A stretch of 63,465 nucleotides of DNA, counting the filler, from Dugesia japonica (taxonomy: Eukaryota), in the NCBI GenBank assembly GCA_001938525.1. It is 5 parts of 5 records of this genome, joined end to end, with 100 filler letters (N's around TTAATTAATTAA, not from the genome) between each part and the next. Parts side by side here need not be neighbours in the genome. Positions count along the whole stretch, not along the records: positions 1 to 17,108 come from MQRL01645998.1; positions 17,209 to 33,266 come from MQRL01534479.1; 3 more parts are not named here. One strand, given 5' to 3'. A program made the translations under genes and the position numbers. The first letter of the stretch is position 1, and each line of letters starts with the position of its first letter. The notes beneath the pieces are model-generated. The model was not told the origin of the DNA, made no database searches, and saw only the letters and a program-made list of their open reading frames with translations. Shown here piece after piece: positions 12,081 to 25,430 of this stretch.

Positions 12081-15000
12081 TCAGATACTTTTTTTCTTGA
12101 TAAATATTGAGTGTAATTGACAACGTTCTCTGATAAGTTGTATATCATCTTTGGGTAAAGACTTGAGTCGGTCAAAATTCTCTAAATTGTTTAAAAAGGT
12201 GACAAAGAGTCCAACTGTCTCAGTTTTATCAGTTAGGCTGCCATTGTATTTGAAAAAATTGAAAACGTTGTCTAGTTCCAACTTTGCAAAGGAAGCCAAA
12301 TCATTTGAGAATCTTTGTATTCTGTTGATGATTTCGTTGGAGGTTTTGAGAACGTATTCTTCCATAATGGGATGTCCTTTATTAAAGGGATTTTTTGTCT
12401 TTGGTCTAAAGGTTGCTTCCGCATATGAGATAAATTTTGATTTGAGGTGGATGTCAGAACTTTCAGCTGTCAAATTGTTGGATTTGATAATTGAAGCAAC
12501 CCTTTTAGTANATGAGTATCTAGCTTTTTCAAAATTTGTTATGTCCAGAAGATATTCTAAATTCAATAGATGTAGCAGGATGTTAATTTCCCAAGGTTTG
12601 AATTTGTTACCATCTTGGCCTACGAGAAATTTGAGGAAGTCTTTGTTGATTGTTTTGATTAAACTAATAGTGAAGGTAGATGATTTGGAAGATTTCTGTT
12701 CAATGATCTTTAGGATTTTGAAGAGTACATTTTGATAGAATAGGTTTCTTGTATGACTATGATTTAAGAGATTGAAAATTTTAGATTTTGGAAATCTACT
12801 ATTTAATTCTTGATATTTTTTTACGTTTTCATAGGACATATATTTGTTATAGATATGTTTTTCGTTTGATACTTTTTCAGATATCTCTATTTGAGCATTT
12901 GCAGCAAGAGCGGATTTGTTGAAAAAATGCGTTTCTGTTTTATTTTTACCAACCTTCGGTTGGCGAAAACTTTTGGCATCTAAAATACTATGAGTATCTG
13001 ATAATAAAGAAACAAATTTCTCTTTATTTTCAGATATTTTTNANTTATTACATTTATTGGGGTGAAACATTTGAGAATGGAAAATAAACCAGCGATTAGG
13101 TACACCTGAAATTTAAAAGAATGTCACAAGAAAGAAAACGAAGAACACAGACAAAAGAAGGAGTTAGATCAGTTACCGAAAGGAATAATTGAAGAAAACA
13201 TCGAAATAAAGGAACTAAATATGGGAAATGATCCGCAACCTAGTGAGTTACAAAGGAAGAAAAGAAATGTTGGGAGACAAAAAGCGGACTGAGAGAACAA
13301 AGAAAGGAAAATTAATAACGTAAGAAAATAATTCATTAAATAAAAGAAAGAAAGTCAAAGGNNNNNNNNNNNNNNNNNNNNNNNNNNNNNNNNNNNNNNN
13401 NNNNNNNNNNNNNNNNNNNNNNNNNNNNNNNNNNNNNNNNNNNNNNNNNNNNNNNNNNNNNNNNTTTTGGAAGAAAATAAAATAAATAATTTATTTATTT
13501 AAATAAAATAAATCAAACCAATTAAAACAATTTAATTTTAAAAGAAAATTAAATATTTTGGGAAATATGGAAAAAAAGACAACTTTCCATGGCAAAAAAA
13601 TCAGCAAATAAAAACATTATGGTCCGGCAAAAATAGGAAATTTTAAAGATTCGAGTTAGAAAATCATAACGAGACTCAGAAAAAAGATACAAGGGTTTGA
13701 AGATGGACCAATAACTTTGGAATCCTAAAATAACCAACCATAAAATGAACTCATGTGATGTTCAAGCCAATAGAAACATTAGAAAAATCGTATGATGTTA
13801 AGTAACCAATGAAAGGAACGAGGGTGTAAAGAAAAACAGTATAAATACCATTTTAATTTCAGAAAAAAACTATTCATAAAAATTTCCTAAGCGAAAACTG
13901 AAAACAAAGTCGATCAAAAAACTTTTGAAACCAGACGTTAAACAACTTCAACTACAATTATTACTTAAAGGTAACCTCTTATTACCTGATTTCTACAATG
14001 GTTTCCGACTCAAAAGAATCTATCAGAAAATAATTGAAGAAGTGAATCATGAAATGATTCCCTATGTGCTTGCTCCAGATCGATATTGCAGTCCACGCTA
14101 GTTTTTAGTTTTATTGATGTAATTTTAAGTTAGTGTGTAATGGATGGAATTAGTAATATAACTTTCCATAACCATATTTCTTTTATTTAATATAGTTTTA
14201 TCTTAATTCTTTTGTTAAACTGATACCTTTAATTAGAACTAAAATGAGCTCACCTCGTTANNNNNNNNNNNNTATGTAGAATGATAAGTTAAAAATGTTC
14301 ATTAATGTATCTCCAGTAAAACAAAACTGGAATTTTAATATGGTTTTTCTCGGTTAATTTAACTCCAATCTTAGAAAACTTATAATTAATTCCGATAAAA
14401 ACTAGATAAAATGGTAAAGCCAACTAAACGACTCATAAAATGTACTGAACAATATAAGGACTACTAAGAAAGTAAGCAATATAAATCAAGTATGATTTAA
14501 AAATCACGCGAGTATCACGAAGTATAACATAAAGCAAAGGAATGCGAGTCTGTACTCGGACTCCGAGTCAACAGCTCCATTTAGAAGATCTGGAATTTTG
14601 AGGACACCAGATTAAATTCTTCGCGGGGTTTTACTAGGCCCTAGACTAAACTTTCTAAAGGATTAATCCACCTAGGTAAAACCCCAACACATTTTTCAGA
14701 TATTTTTGAAGTTGTATAGCTCGATACAAAAGCATTTGATTAGTTGAACAAATATTTTCTTGTTTCACGAGTTATCTTCGTTTCTTATAAATTAAGGGGA
14801 ATGGTGAACCCGAATTAAAGGTACGCGAGTGTGAACTCCAAATAAGCGTTGGGAGTCAACGACTCTATACCGAAAACCTAAATGAGGGACTTTAGGTAAA
14901 TTCTTCAAAGGGACCCCTGAGAGCTGTCTTTTCCACCAGCCATATTTTTCAATCACTAACTCAGGTGGAACCACAACACGTTTATATTGCTTTGATGTCA

Positions 15001-15260
15001 TTAATATATTAGTACAATTTTCAATTTACTTAATTCTCTTCGGGTAATTTGATAATTCCATTATTTTTGATTTATACGAGTTATTATTCTAAATTTATTC
15101 TTGCATTTGCTTCTTGTAAATCAATTTTTATCTTTATTTTACCATTTAGTGTGTTCTTTTTGTAATCATTGAGTTAGATTATTAATTTATTTTTTAAAAT
15201 ATTTTTTACTTTTCACCTTTTTCAACATTTCTGGACGGATTTTTCGACGGATCAACCATT
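12081..15260 (-). pseudogene. Unidentified ORF (>330 aa), probably element-derived, split by the solo LTR at 13055-14978
   Basis: Removing the LTR and one TSD copy joins MTSKQYK(R/C) (15001-14979) in frame to N..KISENKEKF (13054 downward). No recognisable domain. Confidence 0.45.
13055..14978 (+). mobile_element. Solo LTR (copy B, ~1.9 kb) of a gypsy-like element
   Basis: Termini TATTGGGGTG (TG>TA) and GGAACCACAACA; 4-bp TSD CATT/CGTT. Several CCAAT boxes plus TATA at 13840. The last ~170 bp are homologous to 26340-26513. Spans two N gaps. Confidence 0.75.
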
Positions 15261-15589
15261 ATATTTAGATAAAAATGAAAAAATGAGTTTTTTCAGTCTA
15301 TATTTTTTTCAATAAAAATTACATTTATATTCTAATAAAAACTTTTCTCTATAATAAAATTTTATTTTATTAAAATACCGTTTTAAACCAATAAAATCAT
15401 AAAGTTTTTAATTTTAAATTATATTAAATTTTTTGAAAAACCTATAAATAACAAAAATTGCAAATTATTTTACTCTGATTGTGGAATAAATTTTACATCT
15501 TATTTGTTTAGACAACTTTTTACTTTATTAGGAATAAAAAATCATCTACATCATATTTTTTATCTGCAATCAGATGATTTGATAAAGAG

Positions 15590-16170
15590 GACATTTAGAA
15601 CGGAATATAAAGGATTGGATCAAAGTTTTACCGACAATTGAATATGGTTTGAGAACTACTGCCCATAAAACAAGAAAAGGATTGGCCGTATGAAATTATA
15701 TTCGATCGCAATTCAAGGCTATAATTTTGCGATATTTCTAAAAACAATGATGCTGAGACAATAAATTATGAGCAGTTTACATTTAATCTACAAAGTAAAC
15801 TAAAATTGATACAAGAAAAGTTAAAAAGAATGTTGAAACAATGATCCATAAAAGAGCAGAAAAGTATGATAGAACAAGATTGAATAAGAAACCAAATATG
15901 GAGGATAGGGTAATGGTAAGAAACGAACACAGAGAAGGATTTGGTCAAATATTTATCGGACTCTTTATTATTAGTACAAATAAAAACTAGTTGAAAAGTG
16001 AAGTGTCAACAAGTAATACAAAACATTTATAATCTGATCAAACACATTCCGTAAGTTATCAACATCTCAAAGTACAAGTATTCAGAGAATGAGAGGAACA
16101 AACAAACAAGTTAGTAAGAACAAAATATCCAACTCGCTCTACTAGAAATTCAAATTTCAAATACAGATAG
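15590..16170 (+). mobile_element. Gypsy-type integrase C-terminal fragment, degenerate
   Basis: DWIKVLPTIEYGLRTTAHKT..PYEIIF.R matches the integrase W..LP.I..LR...H....SPYE..FGR motif. Confidence 0.6.
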
Positions 16171-17208
16171 TTATTGATGAGCAACGTCTATATTTTAATT
16201 TTTCTTTACTGAACTGAAAGATCTTAGCTGTTTCTTTTGTTTTAGTTCACAGTCGTTAGCTATTGTTTGCACGGATTTAAAATCACACAAATTTTTACAG
16301 TAAACAGTTGATTAAAGTATCGATTAGAATCAACACAAAACTGTTATTGTGAATATCATATTTTTACAATTATTGCAAGAATAATTGTTAGACGTAACTA
16401 TTGATCGTTTTTTAGAATTCATTTAAATAAAAGCTTCGATCAAATTATTTTAATAAAAAATCATATTTGATTTTTATGATAGGTTTATGATTTTAAAATC
16501 ACAATATATTTTTAGAGTCTTTTTGCAGCGCTATTCTTAGTTTAAAATAATGAAAATTGTTTTTTGTTTATTTTGTTCATTGCCAAAAACGCTGTCTGCA
16601 ACTTGGTAAACAAACTACTGCATTTCTTCAATGCAAAGGTGCAGCTTATATTCGGGATTTTACATTATTTATTTTTATTAATATTATTACAGGGTTTTGC
16701 ATAAATATATTTAAAAATTTGTTTGATTTTACATGATATGATACACTTTCAAAAAATAAATACATCGAATTAACAAACATTATCCAATGAAATTGACGAT
16801 ACTCAAGTTTTAATAAAACAGCGAAAAAAAGCCCTTGTAAAACAAGAATCTATTTAAATAAATGTTTATGAATATTGGAATATTTGATTTTCTTATATTT
16901 TAAACATTTTACAAGATTATTATTTTAAATATATTTTGAAACTTTTTTAATATATTTCTGCAAAAACCTATCTTAATTTTTGAAATAAAATAAATATTAT
17001 GATTCACAAACAAATTTACTTTTTACACAAATTACTTTTATTTATCATAAAAGCAAATAATTTATTTTCTAAAACAAAAAAGTTCATTATCTGATTTAGA
17101 AAAAGAAANNNNNNNNNNNNNNNNNNNNNNNNNNNNNNNNNNNNNNNNNNNNTTAATTAATTAANNNNNNNNNNNNNNNNNNNNNNNNNNNNNNNNNNNN
17201 NNNNNNNN

Positions 17209-17275
<67 letters not shown>

Positions 17276-17627
17276 TTGTACAATGGCAATTATTGCGAGA
17301 ATAATTGTTGGACATAACCATTGATCGTTTTTTAGAATTCAATTTAAATAAAAGCTTAGATCAAAAAATTTTTTTTTTGTTTATAGATTCGATATTTCGA
17401 CCTTGTCTTTGTTAGGAATTGACTTTTCAATTCCTGACATAGACAAGGTCGAAATATCGAATCTATAAACAAAAAAAAATTTTTGATCGAAGCTTTTATT
17501 TTAAATAATAATAATATTAATGATAATAATAATAATGATAATAATAATGATAATAATAATGATAATAATAATAATAANNNNNNNNNNNNNNNNNNNNNNN
17601 NNNNNNNNNNNNNNNNNNNNNNNNNNN

Positions 17628-17694
<67 letters not shown>
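17209..17694. repeat. (AAT)n microsatellite containing an inverted Penelope-type terminal repeat pair
   Basis: AAT tracts at 17209-17274 and 17505-17694 flank a ~165-bp near-perfect palindrome at 17340-17504. Confidence 0.8.
17430..17465 (+). ncRNA. Degenerate minimal type I hammerhead ribozyme motif (Penelope pLTR)
   Basis: attc-CTGAcat-agac-aag-gtc-GAAA-tatc-gaat. Sister copies (28030-28055 -, 34410-34437 -, 39280-39305 -, 39323-39353 +, 44795-44823 -, 45921-45955 +) give the consensus attcCTGAnGAAGAC..GTCGAAA....GAAT. Confidence 0.55.
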
Positions 17695-17695
<1 letters not shown>

Positions 17696-18599
17696 TTACC
17701 TCACCATCACAGCTGAGTAAGTTTGAAATGGATGAAATGCACGAATAGCATATCGATGGAGCGGTGTAACTCTTATAAAAAACATAAGAAAAATAAAATA
17801 AAATAATAAAAAAAATTGATTTTTACAATTTTAATAATTATGTGCAAGTAAGTATAAATTTTATATTTTCGTAAAATTCTAGTTAATTTAATTTGACAGT
17901 CAATCATATTAAAACAGCCACAAATTATCTGTTATCTCCAGAAAACAGTATGTGCATGTTTATATCAACAAATCTAAAAACTGGAATGTTAAAGTTGAAA
18001 ATTTCCTATTAATAATTATTGAAACATAAATAATAGAATGTCAAAAACAATGAATATATTCATTTATCGTGTTTAACTATTCAATTAGAATGAACAATTT
18101 CTCTAATTAAATATTTGATGACAGAACGATGTGGAATGGCATATATGAAATGTGTAATATGTGCACAACAATCAAATAAAATGTAAACAAAAGTAAATCA
18201 TGGAAACTTATTATTTTTTATAAAAAATCATTAACTAGAATAATTTTTTTCCAATTATATAAAGTGATAAAAAGAAATTCAGAGTGAAATCTTCTGATGA
18301 AGCAATCAAATCATTATAAAGGAAATAGCAAATAAAATTAGTATTTATTTAGTATATTTATATAGTATTTTTATAGTGTATTTATATTTATATAGTATAA
18401 AATACTAATTTCAATTAGTATTTTATTTGATAAACATGACTAAACTTGTCTAGAATTCCTCTACAGGAAGACAATAATATTCGACCAATCCATGCAAAAG
18501 TAAAATATCAAAAATCAAAATGCAAAGAAAGTAATATTGGCTTGTAAAGTTCAAAACACACTTCCAAAAATGAAAATATTGAGAACACGTGTCTCAATA

Positions 18600-19420
18600 T
18601 TGGAGTAATATTTTACAATGTGGTTTTCGACATTTAGTTTTAATATTTCAATTTAATATTTTGCGTTTAATAATTTCGTGTTTTCTATAATTGGGAGGTG
18701 CAGAAACTCATATTCGACATTGTTTGTTATACGAGTTCAGGAAAGGATCAACTACCTTTAGTGAGAACTTTGATCTATTTGAAAGTAGAGACTAAAGTTC
18801 TTCAAATTTGGACTTTTATTGAAGAAGACCCAGAGTTTACAACACTCGAATAGGAAGATCGCTTACAGGTCTCTCACGCCACCATTGCCACTCATATTTA
18901 TCAATTAAGTAACGTGAATAAAGAAAGGTCATGGGTTCCTCAATGCTTGTGTGTAAGCAAAAAACACAAAATTCTTTCATTTGTTCATCCATAATCTCTA
19001 TGTTCAAAAAACCTTTCTCAAACGAATTGCGACATGAGATAAAAAGTGGATGCTTTATGTTAATATTAAAAGATAAAAGGAGTAGTTAACACCTGGTCAG
19101 AAACCAATATCTACAGGTAAACAGGACTTCATCCTCGCCGGATAATGATGTCTGTTTGGTAAGATTATTGTAGTGTCATATATCTTTAATTATTACCACA
19201 AAACATTTATCTCAGGAAACATCTACTACGATCATTTCGGAAAACTGGGGGCTGAATTGAAAAATACAAGACCTGATCAATAGAAAGAATGTCATCATCC
19301 AACATGACAACGTCAGGACCCATACTTTAAAACTCACACTGCAAATAATTAGAAAATTAAAATGAGAAGTTTTTCCTTATCCAGCATACTCAAATAATCA
19401 AACTTGTATTTTCCAATTCA
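18600..19420 (+). mobile_element. Mariner transposase pseudogene
   Basis: WVPQCL (WVPHEL), KRIAT*DKKWMLYVN (TGDEKW), GLHPRRIMMSVW, IIQHDNVRTHT, EVFPYPAYS. Confidence 0.8.
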
Positions 19421-20032
19421 TCACTTGAATTAATATCCATCCCAAACCCTTAATAAATAAAAAATTATGTTTATATTTATGATTATATTTATATTTATGT
19501 TCATTGTGTAACAGCTCGTTTTCACCATTTTTTACAGAAAAATAATAATTTGCACCTCCAAATATAAGAAATTTAACAGCTAGCTTTGGATTATTTGATT
19601 AAGAGTGTTAAATTCTCAAACAATCCCAAATTCAAAATAATCAATTAATTGTTTGACAATTGACAATATTATTTATTCTGTGATCCCCTTGTAACGATTT
19701 TTATCTATTATTCACTATAATTTATTTTTAATTTTGTTATTTATTGATTTTAAATTGTTTGTATTGAAATTATTGATAGTTATTTCATTTTAAATAGTTA
19801 TGATTCTGATTTTGATTTGATTTATTGATTTTTAGGAATTGATTTTGATTATATTTTACTTTATATTTTTAATTAATTAATTGTTAATTATCTCCAATTT
19901 AGGTTAATTAGTTTGTCCTAAATTGGAGGTAATGAATTTTTATGTATGTGAATTTATCTTTGTTATTTTTATTTTTTTAATTGAATTAATTTCTGACCTT
20001 TCTGAGGAGATCTGATGAAACCCACTCTAGGT

Positions 20033-20301
20033 CAGGGGTGCACAATTTTTTTCTAGACCGTCCGCAAACATCAATTTAAATCAATATCGTCGGCCCTGCA
20101 TGCAAAAGTTTTGTGCATATATTATAGGTACTATACTATACTATATAACTTGGAAAATTTAATATAGCACTGTTAAAGAGTCATTTTGCATCAAGTATTT
20201 TGGAGGAGATCCTTGTAAATCTGTGAAATATTTATTGTATAGAATTACATTTTGGATTTTTTTATGTACTTGGGTTGCGGGTCGTATGTTGTGCACGCCT
20301 G
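20033..20301. mobile_element. hAT MITE
   Basis: TIRs caggggtgcacaa / ttgtgcacgcctg; 8-bp TSD ctctaggt/ctctaggc. Confidence 0.85.
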
Positions 20302-21011
20302 CTCTAGGCTCATATCAAACACATACAGATAATAAATTTTTTTAGTAATCCTAGAATCCTAAAAAACATTTTATTTGAACTTTTTTATGGATTTATTGTG
20401 GTTAGGTACTATTATTTATATTAAGTGAATTGAGTGAATAATTTAAATTCAAGTATAATGGTCTGATGTAACTCGTCGAAAACAGGAATTAAATGAAAAA
20501 ACTCAAAAAGAAAACAGTTTCATTATAGCAGAGTTTTAATCAAAGTCTACAGCAATCAGAATAAGAAACGTTGATAATCAAATTAATAAAAGATTTATCA
20601 AACTCAATATGAAACTCAATCAATAAACAAACTAATTTAATTTCGATATTAATCGTTAATGTTATAATGATTATTATTAAGGTTGCACCCCACTTGTGAT
20701 GTAAACATGTATTTGTGAAATGAAATCAATTGATAAAAAATATATTAGATAAATTAAAATAATTTCCATTTAATTGAATTTGTAGACATTTAATTTAAAA
20801 TTATCCACTAGAAAAACGTCTCCTGAGCTTATGTTAGACGGCTCCGCTAACTACTGATCAAATACTGATAATTCCCATTTGGATGAAAATTTGTTTAGTC
20901 GTTCGATCTGCAATAAATTTCTAATTTAGGGTTTTTACAAAATAGATTCAAATAGTGTCTGCATGTCTTAATCGATATTTAAATGATAATTATTTTTATT
21001 ATTATGTTATG

Positions 21012-21012
<1 letters not shown>

Positions 21013-21077
<65 letters not shown>

Positions 21078-21127
21078 NNNNNNNNNNNNNNNNNNNNNNN
21101 NNNNNNNNNNNNNNNNNNNNNNNNNNN

Positions 21128-21195
<68 letters not shown>
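21013..21195. repeat. (AAT)n microsatellite
   Basis: Pure AAT repeat on both sides of a gap. Confidence 0.95.
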
Positions 21196-21446
21196 TACTT
21201 TGGTTGACAATATCGCAAGTCTCAATAAATATTTCTTTAACCACAAATTGTTTTGGTTTATGTTGAAAGTTAAAAATGATGAATATTCAAACAAATTAAT
21301 TCTCATTAATATTTTAATGAAAAAGTGTTTTAAAACATAACCAATCTACTTTAAAATTTCAATATTTAAAATCTTTCTTAATATATTTTACACAAAATAT
21401 ATTTTAATATATACTCAATAATTTTAATTTTCGATAATAATTTTAA

Positions 21447-21635
21447 CACGTTCACTGCCAACTACGAGAAAAACCTCGTATAAGATGTTTCATTTATTGT
21501 AAAATGATTATTCTTTTTGTAATTACGTATGAGACTGTTAGTTGAAAATATATGATATTTATTTCAAAGATTAATATTTATATTCGATGTGACTTGCAGG
21601 TAAAAAATATAAAATTGTGTGTTGCAGCGAATGTG
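21447..21635. mobile_element. piggyBac-like MITE
   Basis: TTAA on both sides; TIRs cacgttcactgccaac / gttgcagcgaatgtg. Confidence 0.7.
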
Positions 21636-22137
21636 TTAATTAATATTTTCAAAATCGACAATTGAAGAAATGCCAAAAATAAATACTAAAGAATTTTAAT
21701 TACAAATGTTAACAAACAATAATAATTTAAAGCTAATCTATAAAATTGAAAAATTTCATATGGCCAGAGCTATTTCTTACAATAATAATCATCTTATACA
21801 TACAAAATATTTTTATGAATTAACCTACTCTGATAGAGGTTTTATTGATCATATTGATGCTTCTATTCATAGAACGTTGGTTACCCAGGCCGCATAGTTC
21901 TGTAAGATCACGAACATTAGTGTCAAAATACGCTACACTATTGTCTTTACAAATACAATCGATCTCAATAAGTTCGATTGTTACCGGACACTCTGAAATG
22001 TAAATAATATATTCAAACTGCAAAATATTATAAAATTGATTATCAAAATAACACAAACATTTCATTAATAATCAATTAAAATTAATAGATGGGTGGTAAC
22101 AAGCTTTACCAAAATTAAATATTAAATTCGTTTAAAT

Positions 22138-22441
22138 TAGGCCTGGCCAACACGTGCCCAACGTAATTTTTTTCTGACACTAATTTCTTTTTTTTTTTAA
22201 AAATATATTAAATGAAAATTGATGTGTTTCCTTGTTTTTCATGTGAATATATTTTTTCTAATGTAAAAAAATTTTAAAATATATATTCATACAATTTTTT
22301 CTTTTAAAAATAATAAAAAAAATTTTAGATTTTGGATATTACTTACTAAATTTAAAAAAACATTTATTTAAACTTATTATTTTATTTTATTTATTTATTA
22401 AATAAAATTACACGTGAAGCCATTTAGGTTGACCAGGCCTG
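22138..22441. mobile_element. hAT MITE
   Basis: TIRs taggcctggccaac / gttgaccaggcctg; perfect 8-bp TSD gtttaaat. Confidence 0.85.
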
Positions 22442-22689
22442 GTTTAAATCATATACAGTTATCCCTCGTATAACGCGATAAAAAATCTCCAATTTGGAAG
22501 TAATTATAAATAAAGCCTAGTAAAGTTAATTCTCTATAAACAGTGCATTACACAGGGTTCTTGGTGAGCGTTATATAGGAGTACTTCTATAACGCGTTTA
22601 CCAAAAAAACTAAGGAATGACAATCACATGTCACTACAAAAATAGCTACCAACAGAATCTCTAAAAATATGTAAAAATTTCAGAAAACT

Positions 22690-22785
22690 GGCACCGACAC
22701 CAATGAAAATTGAGTGCTTTAAACTAAAAATAACCAGCCAATACAAAACAAATTGGGTGCATTCGGAAACCGTATAAAAGCCAAG
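22690..22785 (+). promoter_or_regulatory. LTR promoter: two CCAAT boxes and TATA box
   Basis: caccaatg, gccaata and ccgTATAAAAg, with spacing conserved in copy A (rc 77-175) and a similar layout in copy B (13706-13846). Confidence 0.6.
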
Positions 22786-23248
22786 TGAAAAACACACGAA
22801 AAAAACAACAAAAAATTTACCATTTATCTCTGCTTAGCTAATATAGTAACTTTGTGAAATTTCTAATTCAATTACTCAATCAGAAATATAACTATCGATT
22901 AGTAAGTTCACATTCGAATAAACCAGTATTTGACAATATTATTCCGATTTCTAGTAAAGAAGTGTTGCTACTCACAGTAGCAAGAAGAACGACAGGAGAA
23001 ATTTTCTAACAGATTAATCAAAGTTAATTACCCACTAAACCCGTTGCAGTTAGTTCTATTCTTGACAGTAAGCCTATGTTTATTTTATATCTAGTTAATT
23101 GTATGTCATGAATGTTGAATAATTTAACAAAATATAAAGAATTAAAATCGCCACTTTACTGCGTTATGATTTTGTTTATTCCGTTATGTAATGTAACCAA
23201 ACATTAAATTATTAATAATATGCTCTTCACAAATACCTGTTTCGACAG

Positions 23249-24320
23249 TGATTGTTTTAGGTCCAGATCACAACGTGTACGATCTCATAAACTGCCGTGA
23301 GTATGAGAAGGAAATGTACACCCCAAAATACTGGTGAGTGCGGATATGTGAGATTAATTTCATTATAATTCTACATCTATTTTTTTATCAGAGACCAGAT
23401 GGCAATAATCTATGATTTTGAGCAGTGGTTAGAGAGAAAAGAATTTGCGATAATTGACCTCACAACATGCAAAATTGCACACCTACAATTAAGGCCTGAC
23501 AGTCGCACGTATCATTTCTGGCTGTTTGCTATAGATTAATATTAAGCCTCCACAATCTATAGCGTACTACACAGCAGTCATATCGGTTTCACTCTAGAAA
23601 AAATTAAATAAGAAGCTTCTAGTGATGATACTATCAGGTTAATCAGGCTAACTAAGATTGAGTCATCAGTTATGTTTCATTCCCTAGATCGGAATTAGTT
23701 TAATGTCAACGCTAAGTATTCTTAATGCTATTTAATCTAAGTTCTTTTTAAGGAAATCTCCATTTCTACTAGTAAATCGGTTGGTATTAGCACTATTCTA
23801 GTAATATGACCAAATGTAGCAACTACTTCGTTATCAACAGATTCATTATTATGGCTGTCAGGATTTTTTACAGATACAGTACCACATTTCGTATTATCCT
23901 GAAGTCGTTTGCATTAATAATGAAATGACGGAGATTGTTAGTAGTATTTTCAGTAGTTAAATGGCGAGTGAAATTTGAATGTTTGCCCGTATTGTATTAG
24001 CTACACCCAGGTTATGGTCCAGTGATTCTCCTTTTTGTTTATCAATATTTGTGATGAGTATTATTAACCTCTTATTTTTAAAATTCTGAGAGTTACTATT
24101 GGGAATGTTGTTCTTCTCAGACAAATGGAACATGATATTATAGATATTGCCAATAAATTAGTTAATGCAGTTAAAGGTATTATTAACTGCACCCAGCTTA
24201 TTCCTAACACAGGTATCCCTATCATCCCGACCACTGGCATTATTAGGATTTATTATGACTAATATTATCAATATTGTTATTAATTCTTGGTATTACTATT
24301 ATTATTAATATTAATACCAT
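23249..24320 (+). pseudogene. First, longer cassette ORF of LTR copy C (has an internal intron at 23334-23391, multiple stops)
   Basis: cAG|TG ATT GTT TTA GGT CCA opens (M)IVLGPDHNVYDLINCREYEKEMYTPKY. After the gtgagt..tatcag intron the frame continues (junction codon TGA) DQMAIIYDFEQWLERKEFAIIDL. The 3' limit is uncertain. Confidence 0.45.
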
Positions 24321-24488
24321 GTGAGTAATATTATTATTATCATGGGAGTGACTAACCTAAGTTTACTTCCATCCTATTATTCATATACCAGTATAGTGAG
24401 CCATGGTAATCAGTCAGATAATTGTTTAATTGAATCAAATTATGAATATATCTACATTGCTCATTTTAATCTATAATAATTTTAGTTA

Positions 24489-24683
24489 ATGTCAGCAGAA
24501 TTACGAAAAGCACTACGTTTAGTCAGGAAACAACGTAAGACCTCTCAATTGAGGCAGTTATTGGCCCACATCTTGTCAAGGAGTAAGGTGGAACACCCCG
24601 ACGAGACAGATTTAGCGTGTCTAACTGAGATATTCCCACTGATAACCAATGTAGATTTAGATGATGAGGACATACTCTCTTAA
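24489..24683 (+). CDS. Cassette exon alpha, 64-aa microprotein (intact ORF)
   Basis: Acceptor tttAG 24484-85, ATG 24489, TAA, AATAAA 24712; homologue at 4377. Confidence 0.6.
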   Translation: MSAELRKALRLVRKQRKTSQLRQLLAHILSRSKVEHPDETDLACLTEIFPLITNVDLDDEDILS

Positions 24684-24829
24684 GGATTTTCGTTATATTA
24701 GAATCGGTTATAATAAATTTATATGAAAAGTGTTTGGTTTCTTTTATTTACAAAAAATTCTTTTTTTATTATAGGTATCACCTTCAATGTTATGTTAAAT
24801 TAAAGCATGTTTTCCTTTATTTATCAGAA

Positions 24830-25177
24830 ATGGATTATGTATGGGAAATCCTTCTCTACGTACGCACAAATAAAATCGTGTTAAACGTTATTACAATCCC
24901 CATGATCGAAATGAAGGGAGTGCTGCGAGATAATTCCAATCTGGCGCCCCTCGACGCTGATAACGAGCGCGAGTGGGATGCCTTCGAACGGAATACGTAC
25001 TACGAACGGAGAGGTCCCGATAGGACTCAGGAAGTGCTTCATCGAACTACTGTATTAAATCCAATAACCGGTGAGTCTACTAGCGAGTGGCGGGACGATC
25101 CGACGCTTTTACGCTTGTCAGCCGCACCCTTACCACCCAATCCTGGTGCAACTGCCGACATAGGTAACACACTATGA
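24830..25177 (+). CDS. Cassette exon beta, ~115-aa protein
   Basis: Acceptor tatcAG 24826-27, ATG 24830, AATAAA 25288; homologue at 4659. Confidence 0.6.
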   Translation: MDYVWEILLYVRTNKIVLNVITIPMIEMKGVLRDNSNLAPLDADNEREWDAFERNTYYERRGPDRTQEVLHRTTVLNPITGESTSEWRDDPTLLRLSAAPLPPNPGATADIGNTL

Positions 25178-25430
25178 GATCTGCAAAATAGCGCAAGCGG
25201 TGGATCAGCCGAGAATAATGCTCCCTATTCGGAAAATGGGGCGCACTAAATGTCAAGAAATCCTCTGACTTAATGTTTTATATGAATAATAAACTTGTAT
25301 GTAAATTGCAAATTAATTTAATTTTTTTCCTTTCATTATCATTGTTACTCCGTCAATGTGATGCGGATATTAAGATATTTTTTAGACTCGTAACTTAAGT
25401 TGATAACAGTCGTAATTCTTCTCGTTTTAG

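Noticed and set aside
12151-12735. 194-aa plus-strand ORF
   Set aside because: Antisense shadow of the 12081-13070 ORF; the same applies to 5828, 37792, 60295 and 60950.
17153-17164. Recurrent TTAATTAATTAA islands inside N runs (also ~33311, 43188, 53322)
   Set aside because: Identical 12-mer between N blocks; a scaffolding linker artefact.
17157-21306. PolyN/I/L/Y ORFs
   Set aside because: Translations of (AAT)n microsatellites.
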